The position numbers and the translations under genes are program-made. From Thermoanaerobaculia bacterium (GTDB taxonomy: Bacteria > Acidobacteriota > Thermoanaerobaculia > Multivoradales > Multivoraceae), in NCBI GenBank assembly GCA_963664405.1, contig OY761158.1, forward strand, positions 2,272,001 through 2,336,000: 64,000 bases of DNA. The letters are read 5' to 3'. Under the pieces are notes generated by a model. That model did no database searches, was not told where the DNA came from, and saw only the letters and a list, made by a program, of their open reading frames with translations. This document shows, in pieces, positions 1 to 9,754 of this stretch (within the stretch, counting starts at the first letter, position 1; every line of letters begins with the position of its first letter).

Positions 1-917
1 TCGACTTCGAGGGGGGCAACATGTCGGGAGAGCTCTTCTTCGCCGAAGGGTTCACCAACTACTACGACGGGCTGCTACTCGCCCGCGCAGGGCACTGGAG
101 CTTTGAGCGCTTCGTCGAAGACCTCTCCAAGACCGTCGACAGGATCCAGAACAGCCCTGCCGTCGCGCAGCGCTCGCCGGTCCAGATGAGTGAGCTCGCC
201 GCCTTTCACGATGGCAGCACCTGGGCCGACCCTCAGAACTCGAGAAACACCTTCTTCTCCTACTACCGCTACGGCGATGCTATTGCTCTTGCCCTCGACC
301 TCAGCCTTCGCTCACGATACGACTCTTCTCTCGACCGCTTGATGGCCGAAATGTGGCACAGACATGGAAAGAGCGAGCGCTCCTACTCGCTCGAGGACCT
401 TCAGACCGTCCTCGCCGAGGTTTCCGACGCCGCCTTTGCCGAGGCGTTCTTCCGTCGGCACATCTTCGGGCGAGAGAGCCACGACTATGAAGCACTACTC
501 GAGCCGGCGGCTCTCTTGCTTCGGCCCGCCCATCCCCAACGGGCCTGGATCGGTGCAACCCCTCTGGTTTTTGAGGATCGGGGCGCCCGTCTCGACGGTC
601 CGACTCTGATCGGCACTCCACTCTACGAGGCAGGGCTCGACAGGGGTGACGTGTTAGTGGCCTTGGACGGCAGAAGGTTGCGACGCAACAAGAACTTAGA
701 TCGCGTTCTCGACCGTCACCAGGCCGGAGAGGAGCTCCTGGCCGAGGTGGTCACGCGCTCGGGCCGAAGAGTCGAGACCCTGCTGCGCCTGATCGCCGAC
801 CCCGGGCTGGAGGTCGTGACCTTCGAATCCGCCGGCATGACGGTGTCGGAGCAGCAAAGCTCCTTTCGCGCAAAGTGGCTTGCCTCCGGCACATCTGGAG
901 TCCCTGGAGACCCATGA
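1..917 (+). CDS. M61-family (glycyl) aminopeptidase with C-terminal PDZ domain, 5'-partial
   Basis: FFAEGFTNYY and SYYRYGDAIALALDL motifs; PDZ-like GTPLYEAGLDRGDVLVALDG; frame open to the window start. Confidence 0.8.
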   Translation, partial: DFEGGNMSGELFFAEGFTNYYDGLLLARAGHWSFERFVEDLSKTVDRIQNSPAVAQRSPVQMSELAAFHDGSTWADPQNSRNTFFSYYRYGDAIALALDLSLRSRYDSSLDRLMAEMWHRHGKSERSYSLEDLQTVLAEVSDAAFAEAFFRRHIFGRESHDYEALLEPAALLLRPAHPQRAWIGATPLVFEDRGARLDGPTLIGTPLYEAGLDRGDVLVALDGRRLRRNKNLDRVLDRHQAGEELLAEVVTRSGRRVETLLRLIADPGLEVVTFESAGMTVSEQQSSFRAKWLASGTSGVPGDP

Positions 918-1459
918 CCGACCTCCCCCACGCCTTCGTGTCCTTCAAGCCCGCGGCCATGGCGGCGCTCACACTGGCTCTGGTCGCGACTCACAGCGAA
1001 GGCCAAGTCTACGATCAGAAGATCGCGCTGGTCGGCCACGACTCCTTCGAGATCCAGATCACCGGTCTCGACAGCATGGCAGCCCAGAAGATCGGTCTCG
1101 ATCCAGCGGAGCTCTTGGAGCGTATGCGACGGCGCCTGGAAAAGGCGGGCATAACGATCGAAGCGGTCTCGGACGAGGGGGCTCGCGCCCTCCTGAATCT
1201 CAAGATCATCCTCGCCCACAACGAAGAGCTCGAGTTGGCGGTCTCAACGGTAGAGGTATTGGTGAAACAAGGGATTCTCGACCCCGAAGGCAGGGTCCTC
1301 TATATCTCCACCTGGAGCTCAGGCGGCTGGGTGGGCGCCTCGGTTCTAGGCCGTGCGAGGAGCGAGATCGAGGCGGCGGCCACCGGGCAGATCGATCGAT
1401 TCATCGCTGACTACCTAGCGGTCCGCCGCGCCGCGGTGAAGAGCTCACCTGAGCCCTGA
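914..1459 (+). CDS. hypothetical exported protein
   Basis: ATG at 914 overlaps the upstream TGA (ATGA); hydrophobic N-terminal stretch. Confidence 0.6.
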   Translation: MTDLPHAFVSFKPAAMAALTLALVATHSEGQVYDQKIALVGHDSFEIQITGLDSMAAQKIGLDPAELLERMRRRLEKAGITIEAVSDEGARALLNLKIILAHNEELELAVSTVEVLVKQGILDPEGRVLYISTWSSGGWVGASVLGRARSEIEAAATGQIDRFIADYLAVRRAAVKSSPEP

Positions 1460-2251
1460 GTAGAGCTCGAGAAGCCGAGACTCGTCCTCGGGCATCAGCG
1501 GGCGGAAAGTGGATGGACCCTCTGGCCGCGACACCGTTTCACACGGAAGGCACATCAGGGCCGTCGGCTCGTCGTGGTGAGTGAGGCCCACGACATGCCC
1601 GAGCTCGTGTGCGATCACATTACGGGTGATCGTCGCGTCAGCCGCGGAGTCATCTCCGGCAGCGCTGATGGCGACGAAGAACCTCGACTCCCCCGGCCGT
1701 GGCCAGGCAAAAGGCATCAGCTTCTGCGTCGACAGCAAGACAACGACATCGGCGTCGATGGCGGTTAGCTCGCTGGGACGAGCATGGGGATCGAAAGACC
1801 CGGGTCGGCCTGCAAACTGCGAGATCCGGCGAGCGTAGGTCTCGAGGGCCCGGTTCGAGACCGGAGAGACGACGACATCGGCGTCTGGCAGCACCGGCTC
1901 GAGGCCGAGGTCGGCGAAAACCCGCGCCCAAAACTCGATAGCCTCGATTACGAACGCAATCCGGGCGTCCCCTGCACTGGGACTGACGACAACAATTCGA
2001 CTACCAGCAGGGGGCTCACCGGCACAAAGGGACGGCGAGGGAAGGCTCGCAGCCAGCAAGACGGCGACTAGACCAGCGTTTCCAAAGTTCGCGCACATAT
2101 CTCGGCCCCTTCTGCCCGCTGCCGGCGTTGCGCCTCCTCGACATATTGCCCAATATGCCTGCGTCGGCGCGCCTGGCCAGCGAACAGAATGAGCTCGAGC
2201 TATGCAGCACGAACTTTGGAAATGCTGGTCTAGGTGCCAAGTGCTCTTCAT
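1445..2251 (-). CDS. matrixin/metzincin-like Zn metalloprotease carrying an in-frame 54-aa element insertion in its signal peptide
   Basis: HELGHVVGLTH zinc motif plus Met-turn ALMC; removing 162 bp restores MKSTWHLVAVLLAASLPSPSLCA. Confidence 0.75.
   Translation of the reverse strand: MKSTWHLDQHFQSSCCIARAHSVRWPGAPTQAYWAICRGGATPAAGRRGRDMCANFGNAGLVAVLLAASLPSPSLCAGEPPAGSRIVVVSPSAGDARIAFVIEAIEFWARVFADLGLEPVLPDADVVVSPVSNRALETYARRISQFAGRPGSFDPHARPSELTAIDADVVVLLSTQKLMPFAWPRPGESRFFVAISAAGDDSAADATITRNVIAHELGHVVGLTHHDEPTALMCLPCETVSRPEGPSTFRPLMPEDESRLLELYSGLR
2068..2233. mobile_element. palindromic MITE-like element, type A
   Basis: Terminal IR CTAGACCAGCGTTTCCAAAGT...ACTTTGGAAATGCTGGTCTAG; further copies at 8512, 22675 and 38871. 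Confidence 0.85.
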
Positions 2252-2350
2252 CGTCCGCCACCTGAGAAGGGACTTCCCCGGCAAGCCGATCGTAGCGTAT
2301 GGGTGTGGGGCTAGAGGGGTACCCCTTCAGACATGCTAGCCTGAGAGATC

Positions 2351-3496
2351 ATGCCTGAGCCCATCGTCGATTTCAGAGTAGGTCTGACCGACCCGGCTTC
2401 CTTTCCGGTCGAAGAGCTTGCACTCGCCGCCGCCGAGGCGGTCAGCTCGGTGGCCGATGACTTCGTCTTCTATCCGGGACCACTGGGGCACGCCGGACTT
2501 CGCCAAGTGCTTGCGGCAAGAGAGTCGAAGCGCGAGGGCATCGAGGTCGACCCGGACCACCTCGCCCTCACCAACGGCTCGATGCAGGCAGTAGCTCTGG
2601 TCGCCCAAGCCTTGATGCAGGCTCCTGGCGACGTCATCATCACCGAAGAGCTCACTTACTCGGGCACCATAAATGCCTATAAAGAACTGGGCGCGCGCCT
2701 GGTCGGCATCCCGGTCGATGAAGACGGCATGCGTGTCGATGTCCTCGCAGAGAAGCTGGAGCAGCTCGCCAAGCAAGGCACCCCACCACGATTCATCTAT
2801 ACGCTGCCGACCTATCAGAATCCTACCGGCGCCATTATGCCGGTCGAACGGCGCCATGCGCTGCTGAGGATCGCTCGCCAATTCGACATCCTCATCGTCG
2901 AAGACAATTGCTACGGCGACGTGCACTTCGAGGGCGAAGTGCCACCCTCCCTCTACGCCCTGGCTGAGAAGGGCGCCGTGGTCTACATCTGCTCACTGTC
3001 GAAGATCTTCGCCGCCGGTCTGCGGATGGGGTACCTGTTGGCCCAACCGGAACAGCTCGAGCGCATCACCGCCAAGCGCCTCGACCTCGGCAATAGTGTG
3101 CTGGCCGCCAGCATCTGCGCAGCCTTCCTCGAGAAACGGCTGTGGGAGCACGTCGAGCGACATAACGCGGCCCTGGACGAGAAACGCAGAGCGCTTCTGA
3201 GCTCTCTCGACGAGCATTTGGCCGACCTCTGTCACTGGACGGCCCCGCGTGGCGGTCTCTTCTTGTGGCTCCAACTGCCTTCTGACATCGACCTCGATCT
3301 GCTCGATGAGCTCAGCGCGGAGCGCGGTGTCGGCTATGCCCCGGGATCCGCCTTCCACATCGAGGGAGACCGCGTGCCCGCGATTCGGCTCGCCTTCGGC
3401 TATCCGGCCGCCGCGGAGATCCGGCGCGGTGTGGGCATCCTCACCGGGTGCATCCGCGACGCCTGCGCCACCACGCTTCGGCAAGCATCGCTGTAG
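2351..3496 (+). CDS. PLP-dependent aminotransferase class I/II (MocR/2-aminoadipate transaminase-like)
   Basis: YQNPTG, IVEDNCY and SLSKIFAAGLRMG (PLP Lys) motifs. Confidence 0.9.
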   Translation: MPEPIVDFRVGLTDPASFPVEELALAAAEAVSSVADDFVFYPGPLGHAGLRQVLAARESKREGIEVDPDHLALTNGSMQAVALVAQALMQAPGDVIITEELTYSGTINAYKELGARLVGIPVDEDGMRVDVLAEKLEQLAKQGTPPRFIYTLPTYQNPTGAIMPVERRHALLRIARQFDILIVEDNCYGDVHFEGEVPPSLYALAEKGAVVYICSLSKIFAAGLRMGYLLAQPEQLERITAKRLDLGNSVLAASICAAFLEKRLWEHVERHNAALDEKRRALLSSLDEHLADLCHWTAPRGGLFLWLQLPSDIDLDLLDELSAERGVGYAPGSAFHIEGDRVPAIRLAFGYPAAAEIRRGVGILTGCIRDACATTLRQASL

Positions 3497-3507
3497 CTCG
3501 CCCGGGC

Positions 3508-4806
3508 ATGCCAGCAGCATCGCTACGGCGTATCAGGCTCTTTCGGCTACTCACAGCCCTGATCGTCGTTGTCGCGCTGGAGCTGATCTCGCTTGCACTC
3601 CTGACCCTCGGTGTCGGCGGCTCGGAGCGGACGAGCGGCCTGAGTGAGCCCGTCGACCCGGAGACCGCGTCACCAAGCTCGACCCCCCTCGCACCGGGCT
3701 CAGTGGAGATGCTGCAGCGAGAGGTCATCCACCCCTATCTCGGATACGTCCTCGATGCTCCTTTCCAAGTGCGGACAGGAGAGTCGGCAGCGCAAGGAAT
3801 CGAATACGGCTTCGCCATCGACCAGGAGCTCTTTCAGAAACGCCAAGAGGGCCGCCTGGTGGTAGCCCTCACCGGCGGCTCTCTGGCTTTCAGTCTCGGC
3901 TCGCGCAGCTCCCACCTTCTCCGCCGCGAAATCGGCGCTGCCGACAGCGGCACGGGCCGGAGCGTCGACGAGGTCGTTCTTCTCAATCTCGCCCTACCCG
4001 GCTACAAGCAGCCCCAACAGTTGATGCTGCTCAACTACCTGCTCGCGCTCGGCGCCCAATTCGATCTCGTGGTGAATATCGATGGCTTCAACGAGATCGC
4101 TCTGGCCCCCGCCGAGAACCTCGACAAAGGCGTGTCCCTCCACTTCCCGCGCAGCTGGTACTTCCGCGTCAACCCTGAGCTCGATCCCGAGATCAAGCTC
4201 CGCGTCGAGGAAGTGGCCTATCTGAAGCGCGACATCGCGCAACGGGCCACCCGCCTCGAGAGCTCGCCGGCGCGTTACAGCAGCACTTGGCGACTCCTCT
4301 ACAGCCTGAGTCTGCAACGGCAGGCAGATAGGAGGAACGTTCTCGAATCAGAGCTCGTCGCTGCGCGAGAGCAGTTCGGAGCTGCCTACGTAGTCACGGG
4401 GCCGCGCAAGGAATACCCTGACATGGCCTCGATGTACGACGAGCTGGTACGGCTCTGGGCAACTACGTCTCGCTTGATGCACCAGCTCTGCACCACCAAC
4501 GGCATTCGATACTTCCATTTCTTGCAGCCCAACCAATACGTCGCTGATACGAAGCCGATGGGAGACGTGGAGCGTCGGCTTGCCTTGTCTCAAGAGAGAG
4601 GCTGGGGACGCTTCGTCAAAAACGGCTACCCGAAGCTCATCGAAGCAGTAGGAAAGCTACAGGACCAGGGCGTGCCGGTCTACGACCTGACAGAGCTCTT
4701 TGCCGACGTCGATGAGCCCATCTACGAAGACGGCTGCTGTCATATCAACCGCGAAGGCGAAGAATTCCTCTCGCGAGCGATCGGTACTAGAGTATTGAGA
4801 CCTTGA
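3508..4806 (+). CDS. membrane-anchored SGNH-hydrolase-like protein
   Basis: N-terminal TM segment; TGGSLA, DGFNE and DGCCH motifs. Confidence 0.65.
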   Translation: MPAASLRRIRLFRLLTALIVVVALELISLALLTLGVGGSERTSGLSEPVDPETASPSSTPLAPGSVEMLQREVIHPYLGYVLDAPFQVRTGESAAQGIEYGFAIDQELFQKRQEGRLVVALTGGSLAFSLGSRSSHLLRREIGAADSGTGRSVDEVVLLNLALPGYKQPQQLMLLNYLLALGAQFDLVVNIDGFNEIALAPAENLDKGVSLHFPRSWYFRVNPELDPEIKLRVEEVAYLKRDIAQRATRLESSPARYSSTWRLLYSLSLQRQADRRNVLESELVAAREQFGAAYVVTGPRKEYPDMASMYDELVRLWATTSRLMHQLCTTNGIRYFHFLQPNQYVADTKPMGDVERRLALSQERGWGRFVKNGYPKLIEAVGKLQDQGVPVYDLTELFADVDEPIYEDGCCHINREGEEFLSRAIGTRVLRP

Positions 4807-6158
4807 GTCTGAGGTCTCGTTTCTTCATCGCACTTGTAGCGTGTTGTAGCGCGCTCTGCGGCCAGGCCGTCCCCTTCGCTGAAAACGGCGGCCTGAAGAT
4901 GCTCTACGACAACCGCATGTATCCGCAGGCCCTCGAGCACCAGGGGCAGGTCTTCATGGTCTGGCGCGCCAAGTCCGGACTCCCTCATATCCGCTCCTAT
5001 GATCGCAAGAGCGGTGGCTTCTCCGAGCCCTTCTCTCTGGTGGAGAGCATGGACGAGCTGCTCGACGCGCCGAAGTACAAGCGAGATCACCATTATGCAC
5101 CGATACTCTGGAACGACAGCAGCGGCCATCTGCACGTCCTTTTCGGCTGCCACGTAACCTCAGGAGGCGTCCACCTGGTCTCGAAGCAGCCTTGGAACAT
5201 CGCGGGATGGAGACAAGGACCGGCGATCGCACCAAGCATCTCTTATCCCAAGGCTCACCGTCTCGGCGACAGCGAGATTCTTCTCTACTTTCGTCACCAA
5301 GGGCATCTTGGTTACTGGACCTACCGCATATCCGGCGATGACGGAGAGACGTGGACCGGGCCCGAAGCACCTCCGATCGACCTCAGCCTAGAACCGTACG
5401 ACGGCGCCCATGCCGAGCACGCAGGCTCGTACCACACGACACGCGTCAGTAGAGACGGCAGGAGCCTTCATATCGCTTTCATCTGGAAAGTCGAAAAGCC
5501 GCTCTTCAACTCTCGCTACGAGGGGCAGCTCTCCGACCACACGCATCGCTACAACCTCTACTACCTCAAGGTCGACCTGCTCACCGGAAAGGCCCATACC
5601 TACGAGGGCGACGAGCTCGAGACGCCGGTCCGGAAAGGGGTCGCGGACCGGCAATGCCTAATCTGGAACACCGACGAGCGAGTTGCGGCGGTCGGGCCTT
5701 CGATCTATCTCGACGAAGACGACGATCCCTATTTTCTGCTGCCGGTGTCGGGTAAGACACCGTATCGCTCCACTTTCTACTTCGTCAGGCGCGGCAAGGA
5801 TCGCTGGGTCAAAACCGCCTTCTCGGGAACCTCGCATCCGTTCAACTCCAGCCACCTCGACCGGGCCGACGACGGTACTTTCAGAGCAGTTCTGGTGATC
5901 GGAGAAGGGGAAAGCCACTCCGAGGACGACATGGACATCTACGGTTGGGGAACGAGAATCGAAGAGTGGGTCTCGGACCCCAGTGGCGAGAACTGGAAGT
6001 TCGCCCGTAACCTGAGCGCCGAGCCGGGAACCAAGTATCAGAACATCCAGTTCGTCTCACGGGCTTCGGGGGAAAGGGCCAAAGACCTGCTTCTCTTCTA
6101 CGGCTGGCGAGAGACTTTCGGAACCGGCACCGGCTTCCTCTGGCAAGCAGGCGAGTGA
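4803..6158 (+). CDS. secreted BNR-4 repeat/beta-propeller protein
   Basis: Signal peptide, DHHYAP, FGCH and Asp-box SGDDGETW; start overlaps the upstream stop. Confidence 0.7.
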   Translation: MSLRSRFFIALVACCSALCGQAVPFAENGGLKMLYDNRMYPQALEHQGQVFMVWRAKSGLPHIRSYDRKSGGFSEPFSLVESMDELLDAPKYKRDHHYAPILWNDSSGHLHVLFGCHVTSGGVHLVSKQPWNIAGWRQGPAIAPSISYPKAHRLGDSEILLYFRHQGHLGYWTYRISGDDGETWTGPEAPPIDLSLEPYDGAHAEHAGSYHTTRVSRDGRSLHIAFIWKVEKPLFNSRYEGQLSDHTHRYNLYYLKVDLLTGKAHTYEGDELETPVRKGVADRQCLIWNTDERVAAVGPSIYLDEDDDPYFLLPVSGKTPYRSTFYFVRRGKDRWVKTAFSGTSHPFNSSHLDRADDGTFRAVLVIGEGESHSEDDMDIYGWGTRIEEWVSDPSGENWKFARNLSAEPGTKYQNIQFVSRASGERAKDLLLFYGWRETFGTGTGFLWQAGE

Positions 6159-6162
6159 CGCC

Positions 6163-6903
6163 GTGTACGAGCTCGCGCCGGACCTCTTCGTAGAGGACTC
6201 CTGGGTCCGCTTTTACGGCGTGCATCTCAGCACGCGAATGGCCGTGGTCCGACTGAGCGGCGATCGCCTCTTCGTCTACTCGCCGACATTCCTGACCCCG
6301 GACCTCAAACATGATCTCGAAGAGCTCGGCCAGGTCAGCTACGTGATCTCCCCCAACAAGATCCACAACCAGACGCTGGTCCGATTCCTCGCCGCCTTTC
6401 CTGCAGCGCGTTTCTGCGCCCCTCCGGGTTTGGCGCTCCGTCGACCGGACCTGAGATGTGAGGACCGGCTCACGGATCGCCCCGACCCGGAGTGGAGTGA
6501 CGAGCTCGATCAAGCCTTGACGCAGGGCAACGTGTTCTTTTCCGAGGCGTTGTTCCTGCATCGAGCCTCGCGGACCCTGATGGTAGGGGATCTGGTCGAG
6601 AACCTCGACCGCCACACCGTAGCCTCCTTCGCACTCGTCCTCGGAAGAATCTTCGGCGTCAGGAAGGGACCGGCACCCTCTCCCGAGTTTCGCCTTTACA
6701 CCTTCGAGGCCGACGAGGCAGAGCGCGCTTTCGAGCGGCCGCGGAGCTGGGACTTCGACCGAATTTTTCTCTGCCACGGAGGGTTGATCGAAGAAGACGC
6801 CGGGGCGATCTTCGACGCCGTCTGCGAAGAGATCCTGAGAGTCGCACGCGAGCGAAACCCGCTCGCCCTGAGAGTGCTGCGGTGGCTATCGACCGTTCAG
6901 TGA
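6163..6903 (+). CDS. DUF4336 family protein
   Basis: TRMAVVRL, ISPNKIH and IFLCHG motifs. Confidence 0.8.
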   Translation: MYELAPDLFVEDSWVRFYGVHLSTRMAVVRLSGDRLFVYSPTFLTPDLKHDLEELGQVSYVISPNKIHNQTLVRFLAAFPAARFCAPPGLALRRPDLRCEDRLTDRPDPEWSDELDQALTQGNVFFSEALFLHRASRTLMVGDLVENLDRHTVASFALVLGRIFGVRKGPAPSPEFRLYTFEADEAERAFERPRSWDFDRIFLCHGGLIEEDAGAIFDAVCEEILRVARERNPLALRVLRWLSTVQ

Positions 6904-7021
6904 AGGAGTGAGGAGTGAAGAAGAAAGACCGACCCTGTGATGATGATCACAGAATACTCCGCACTGCCGTAGTGTTTAGACTCTTACGACGTGACTCTCG
7001 ACGCCCCACAGGAGAAGAAAA

Positions 7022-7510
7022 ATGCCTTCGTTCGACATCGTCATTGAAACCGACCTTCAGGAGGTCGACAACGCGCTCAATCAGGCGCGCAAAGAAGTCG
7101 GCCAACGCTATGACTTTCGAGGTAGCAAGAGCCGTATCGACTGGGACAAGAAGGGCGAGATTCTCCTCTTCAGCGATGACGATCATCGGCTGGCGGCCCT
7201 CCTCGACGTAGTGAAAGGACGCTTGGTCAAGCGCGGGGTCTCGATCCGCAACCTCGACGTGCAAGAGTCGACGCCGGCAGCGGACGGCCTGGTCCGGCAG
7301 GTTGTGTCCCTGCAGATCGGGGTACCGAAGGAGACGGCCAAGGAGATCGTCAAGCAGGTGAAGCAGACGAAGCTCAAGGTCCAGGGTCAGATCCAGGAGG
7401 ATCAGGTGCGCATCACCGGCAAGAAGCGTGACGATCTCCAGGAAGTCATGCAGCTGGTTCGCGAAGGTGACTTCCCCTTCGAGTTCAAATTCGTCAACTT
7501 CCGCGACTGA
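7022..7510 (+). CDS. yajQ: YajQ family nucleotide/c-di-GMP-binding protein
   Basis: MPSFDIV...QEVDNA...RYDFRGS...QVRITGKKRDDLQ...NFRD; GGAG RBS. Confidence 0.95.
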   Translation: MPSFDIVIETDLQEVDNALNQARKEVGQRYDFRGSKSRIDWDKKGEILLFSDDDHRLAALLDVVKGRLVKRGVSIRNLDVQESTPAADGLVRQVVSLQIGVPKETAKEIVKQVKQTKLKVQGQIQEDQVRITGKKRDDLQEVMQLVREGDFPFEFKFVNFRD

Positions 7511-7525
7511 AGAGATCCTCACGCC

Positions 7526-7606
7526 GCCACTCCCCACTCCTTACCTCCTACTCCTCACTCCTCACTTCTTCACTCCTTCACTTCTTACTGCTTACTTCTT
7601 ACTCCC
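7526..7606. repeat. degenerate 7-8-mer pyrimidine-rich tandem repeat (CTCCTCA/CTTCTTA)
   Basis: Directly visible; a complementary purine tract lies at 6900-6927. Confidence 0.7.
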
Positions 7607-7607
7607 A

Positions 7608-8351
7608 ATGAGACTCCTCCTAGTCATCGTAGCCCTCCTCCCGACGCTGGCGGCTTCCGCCGACGAGCCCATCGTGCTCGAGCTCTTCACCTCCCAGGGC
7701 TGCTCCAGCTGCCCGCCGGCGGACCGCCTGCTCAGTGAGGTCGGACGGGACGAGGGGATTATCGCTCTCGCTTTTCATGTCGACTATTGGGACCATCTCG
7801 GATGGCGGGACCCGTATTCTTCTCCGGCCTGGTCGCGGCGACAGGAGCAGTATGCCCGACGGCTGCCGGACGGCCGCTCCTACACTCCTCAACTCGTCCT
7901 CGACGGCCGGGTTCACCTGGTCGGCTCACGCCAAGGGCAGCTGGAGGCGCAAATAGCCCAGCGCCGCACTGAGCCTGCGGTCGCCGGCCTTTCGCTTTCT
8001 TGGCAGCAGGACGAGAAGTCAGCAGGCGGAAGGCGTCTGCGGATCGAGACCGAGCTCTACCAGAAGCTCGGCGGCTCCCTCGACCTCCAGCTGGCGGTGC
8101 TCGAGAGCGGTCTCGACACCGCTGTGTCCCGAGGCGAGAACGCGCGACGAAAACTGCACAACGACTTCGTCGTCCGCGGCATCAGCACGGTCACCTCGAT
8201 CAAGGACCCTGCTCCGGGCCATCGACTAGACCACGCCGAAATACCCCTCGACCCGAGCTGGAACCCCGACGAGCTGAGCGTCGCGGTCCTCCTGCGCCAC
8301 CATGAGTCGCTGAGGATCTTCGCCGCCGCCCGCCTAGACGCCCGACGCTAG
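7608..8351 (+). CDS. DUF1223 thioredoxin-fold secreted protein
   Basis: Signal peptide; VLELFTSQGCSSCPPAD, FHVDYWD and YTPQ motifs. Confidence 0.9.
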   Translation: MRLLLVIVALLPTLAASADEPIVLELFTSQGCSSCPPADRLLSEVGRDEGIIALAFHVDYWDHLGWRDPYSSPAWSRRQEQYARRLPDGRSYTPQLVLDGRVHLVGSRQGQLEAQIAQRRTEPAVAGLSLSWQQDEKSAGGRRLRIETELYQKLGGSLDLQLAVLESGLDTAVSRGENARRKLHNDFVVRGISTVTSIKDPAPGHRLDHAEIPLDPSWNPDELSVAVLLRHHESLRIFAAARLDARR

Positions 8352-8515
8352 TGGACCGTAACACCCAAACGTTTAGCGCCTGAGCGGCCCTCGCGGCCGA
8401 TCTCTGCGTTACGCTTCCTCGACATAGTCCCCGCTATGCCTGCGTCAGCGCGCCTTGATCTCGACCACGAAGGACTCACTCAGCCACTAAACGTTCGAGT
8501 GTTACGGTCCACTAG
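8348..8515. mobile_element. palindromic MITE-like element, type B
   Basis: IR CTAGTGGACCGTAACAC...GTGTTACGGTCCACTAG; central core shared with types A and C. Confidence 0.8.
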
Positions 8516-8690
8516 TCCAGCGCTTCCAAAGTTCGTGCTGCATAGCTCGAGCTCATTCTGTTCGCTGGCCAGGCGCGCCGACACAGGCATATTGGGCAAT
8601 ATGTCGAGGAGCGCGGGGGCGCCTAGCCAACGCCGGCAGCGGGCAGAAGGGGCCGAGATATGTGCGCGAACTTTGGAAGCGCTGGTCTAA
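8512..8690. mobile_element. MITE-like element type A (inverted, with ~13 bp internal insertion)
   Basis: Near identity to the reverse complement of 2068-2233; directly abuts the type B copy. Confidence 0.85.
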
Positions 8691-9754
8691 TCTCCCTCCC
8701 AGTCCCAGAAGTAGTCTTTGTTGGTGAGCTCGATCTCGGAGTCCACCTCTACACGCCGCTCCGGCTCGTGGATCGTGGCCGGCAACCTGGCCTGTCCCTT
8801 GACCACGTTCAGTTGCTCTTCCAGGTCTTCCACTTCTCGCCGCCAATAGTCGTCATCGCCGAAGTGGGGCCAGCCCAGCCTGAAAGCCGGGTCGTGCCAA
8901 CGCCGGGCGAGCCAACCAGCATAGCGCACCATCCTCAGGCCTCGTAGGGGCTCGATGAGGCGCGCGCTCGAGGCATCGAAGTCGCGTAGCTCTCGATACC
9001 CGCCGAAGAAGAGCTCTCGTTTGCGGCGACTCTCCGAATCCCGGCCGGGGAGCGCCAGCCACACATCCTGAACCGCGGGTCCAGTGAGCATGTCGTCGAA
9101 GTCGAGCAGGGTGAGTCGATCGTCGCGGAGCAATACGTTGCCGAGGTGAAGATCGGCGTGAATTCGATGGGTATCCACGCCGACCGCCAATAGGTCCGCA
9201 ACATCGGCGATGCCCTCGGCGGCATCGAAATAGCGGCGCCGAAGAGAGTCGGGCAAGCTCTGATGCTCGTCGAGCCACCGAAGAGCACGGCGGATATAAC
9301 GCTCGGAGTCAAGGCCGGGCCTATGGACCGCCGCGTGTCTCGCCGCCACGTTGTGCATCCTCGCGACAAGCGTGCCGAGGCGGCGGCACAGCGGATCGCT
9401 CAACTCGTCGGGTGCGCGCCCACCACGCCGATCCGACAAGGAGTAGTAGATGTCGTCGATTCGTTGCAGAGTGGAGCCATCCGGGAAGTGGCGCACCGTG
9501 CAAACAGGCACTTCTTCGGTCTCGAGCTCAGCCAGGAAGGCGTGCTCTTCGAGGATCTGTTCGGCACTCCAGCGCCCGGGGCGATAGAACTTGGCGACAA
9601 CACGACTTCGGCCCTCGAGCTCGACTTCGTAGACCCGGTTCTCGAAGGAATTGAGCGGATAGCAGACGGTGTTGCAGCGTACTCCCGATCTCTCGACGGC
9701 CGCCAGGACCCGGTCGGGGGTAAGCCCGAGGAAGAGATCTAGAGCTTCGGTCAT
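8687..9754 (-). CDS. srkA: SrkA/RdoA (YihE) stress-response Ser/Thr kinase
   Basis: LNSFENRVY, VAKFYRPGRWS, IHADLHLGN, LDFDD and ARRWHDPAF motifs. Confidence 0.9.
   Translation of the reverse strand: MTEALDLFLGLTPDRVLAAVERSGVRCNTVCYPLNSFENRVYEVELEGRSRVVAKFYRPGRWSAEQILEEHAFLAELETEEVPVCTVRHFPDGSTLQRIDDIYYSLSDRRGGRAPDELSDPLCRRLGTLVARMHNVAARHAAVHRPGLDSERYIRRALRWLDEHQSLPDSLRRRYFDAAEGIADVADLLAVGVDTHRIHADLHLGNVLLRDDRLTLLDFDDMLTGPAVQDVWLALPGRDSESRRKRELFFGGYRELRDFDASSARLIEPLRGLRMVRYAGWLARRWHDPAFRLGWPHFGDDDYWRREVEDLEEQLNVVKGQARLPATIHEPERRVEVDSEIELTNKDYFWDWEGD

Noticed and set aside
7428-7607. N-terminal extension of the DUF1223 ORF
   Set aside because: It overlaps yajQ and translates the heptamer tract; the signal peptide begins at 7608
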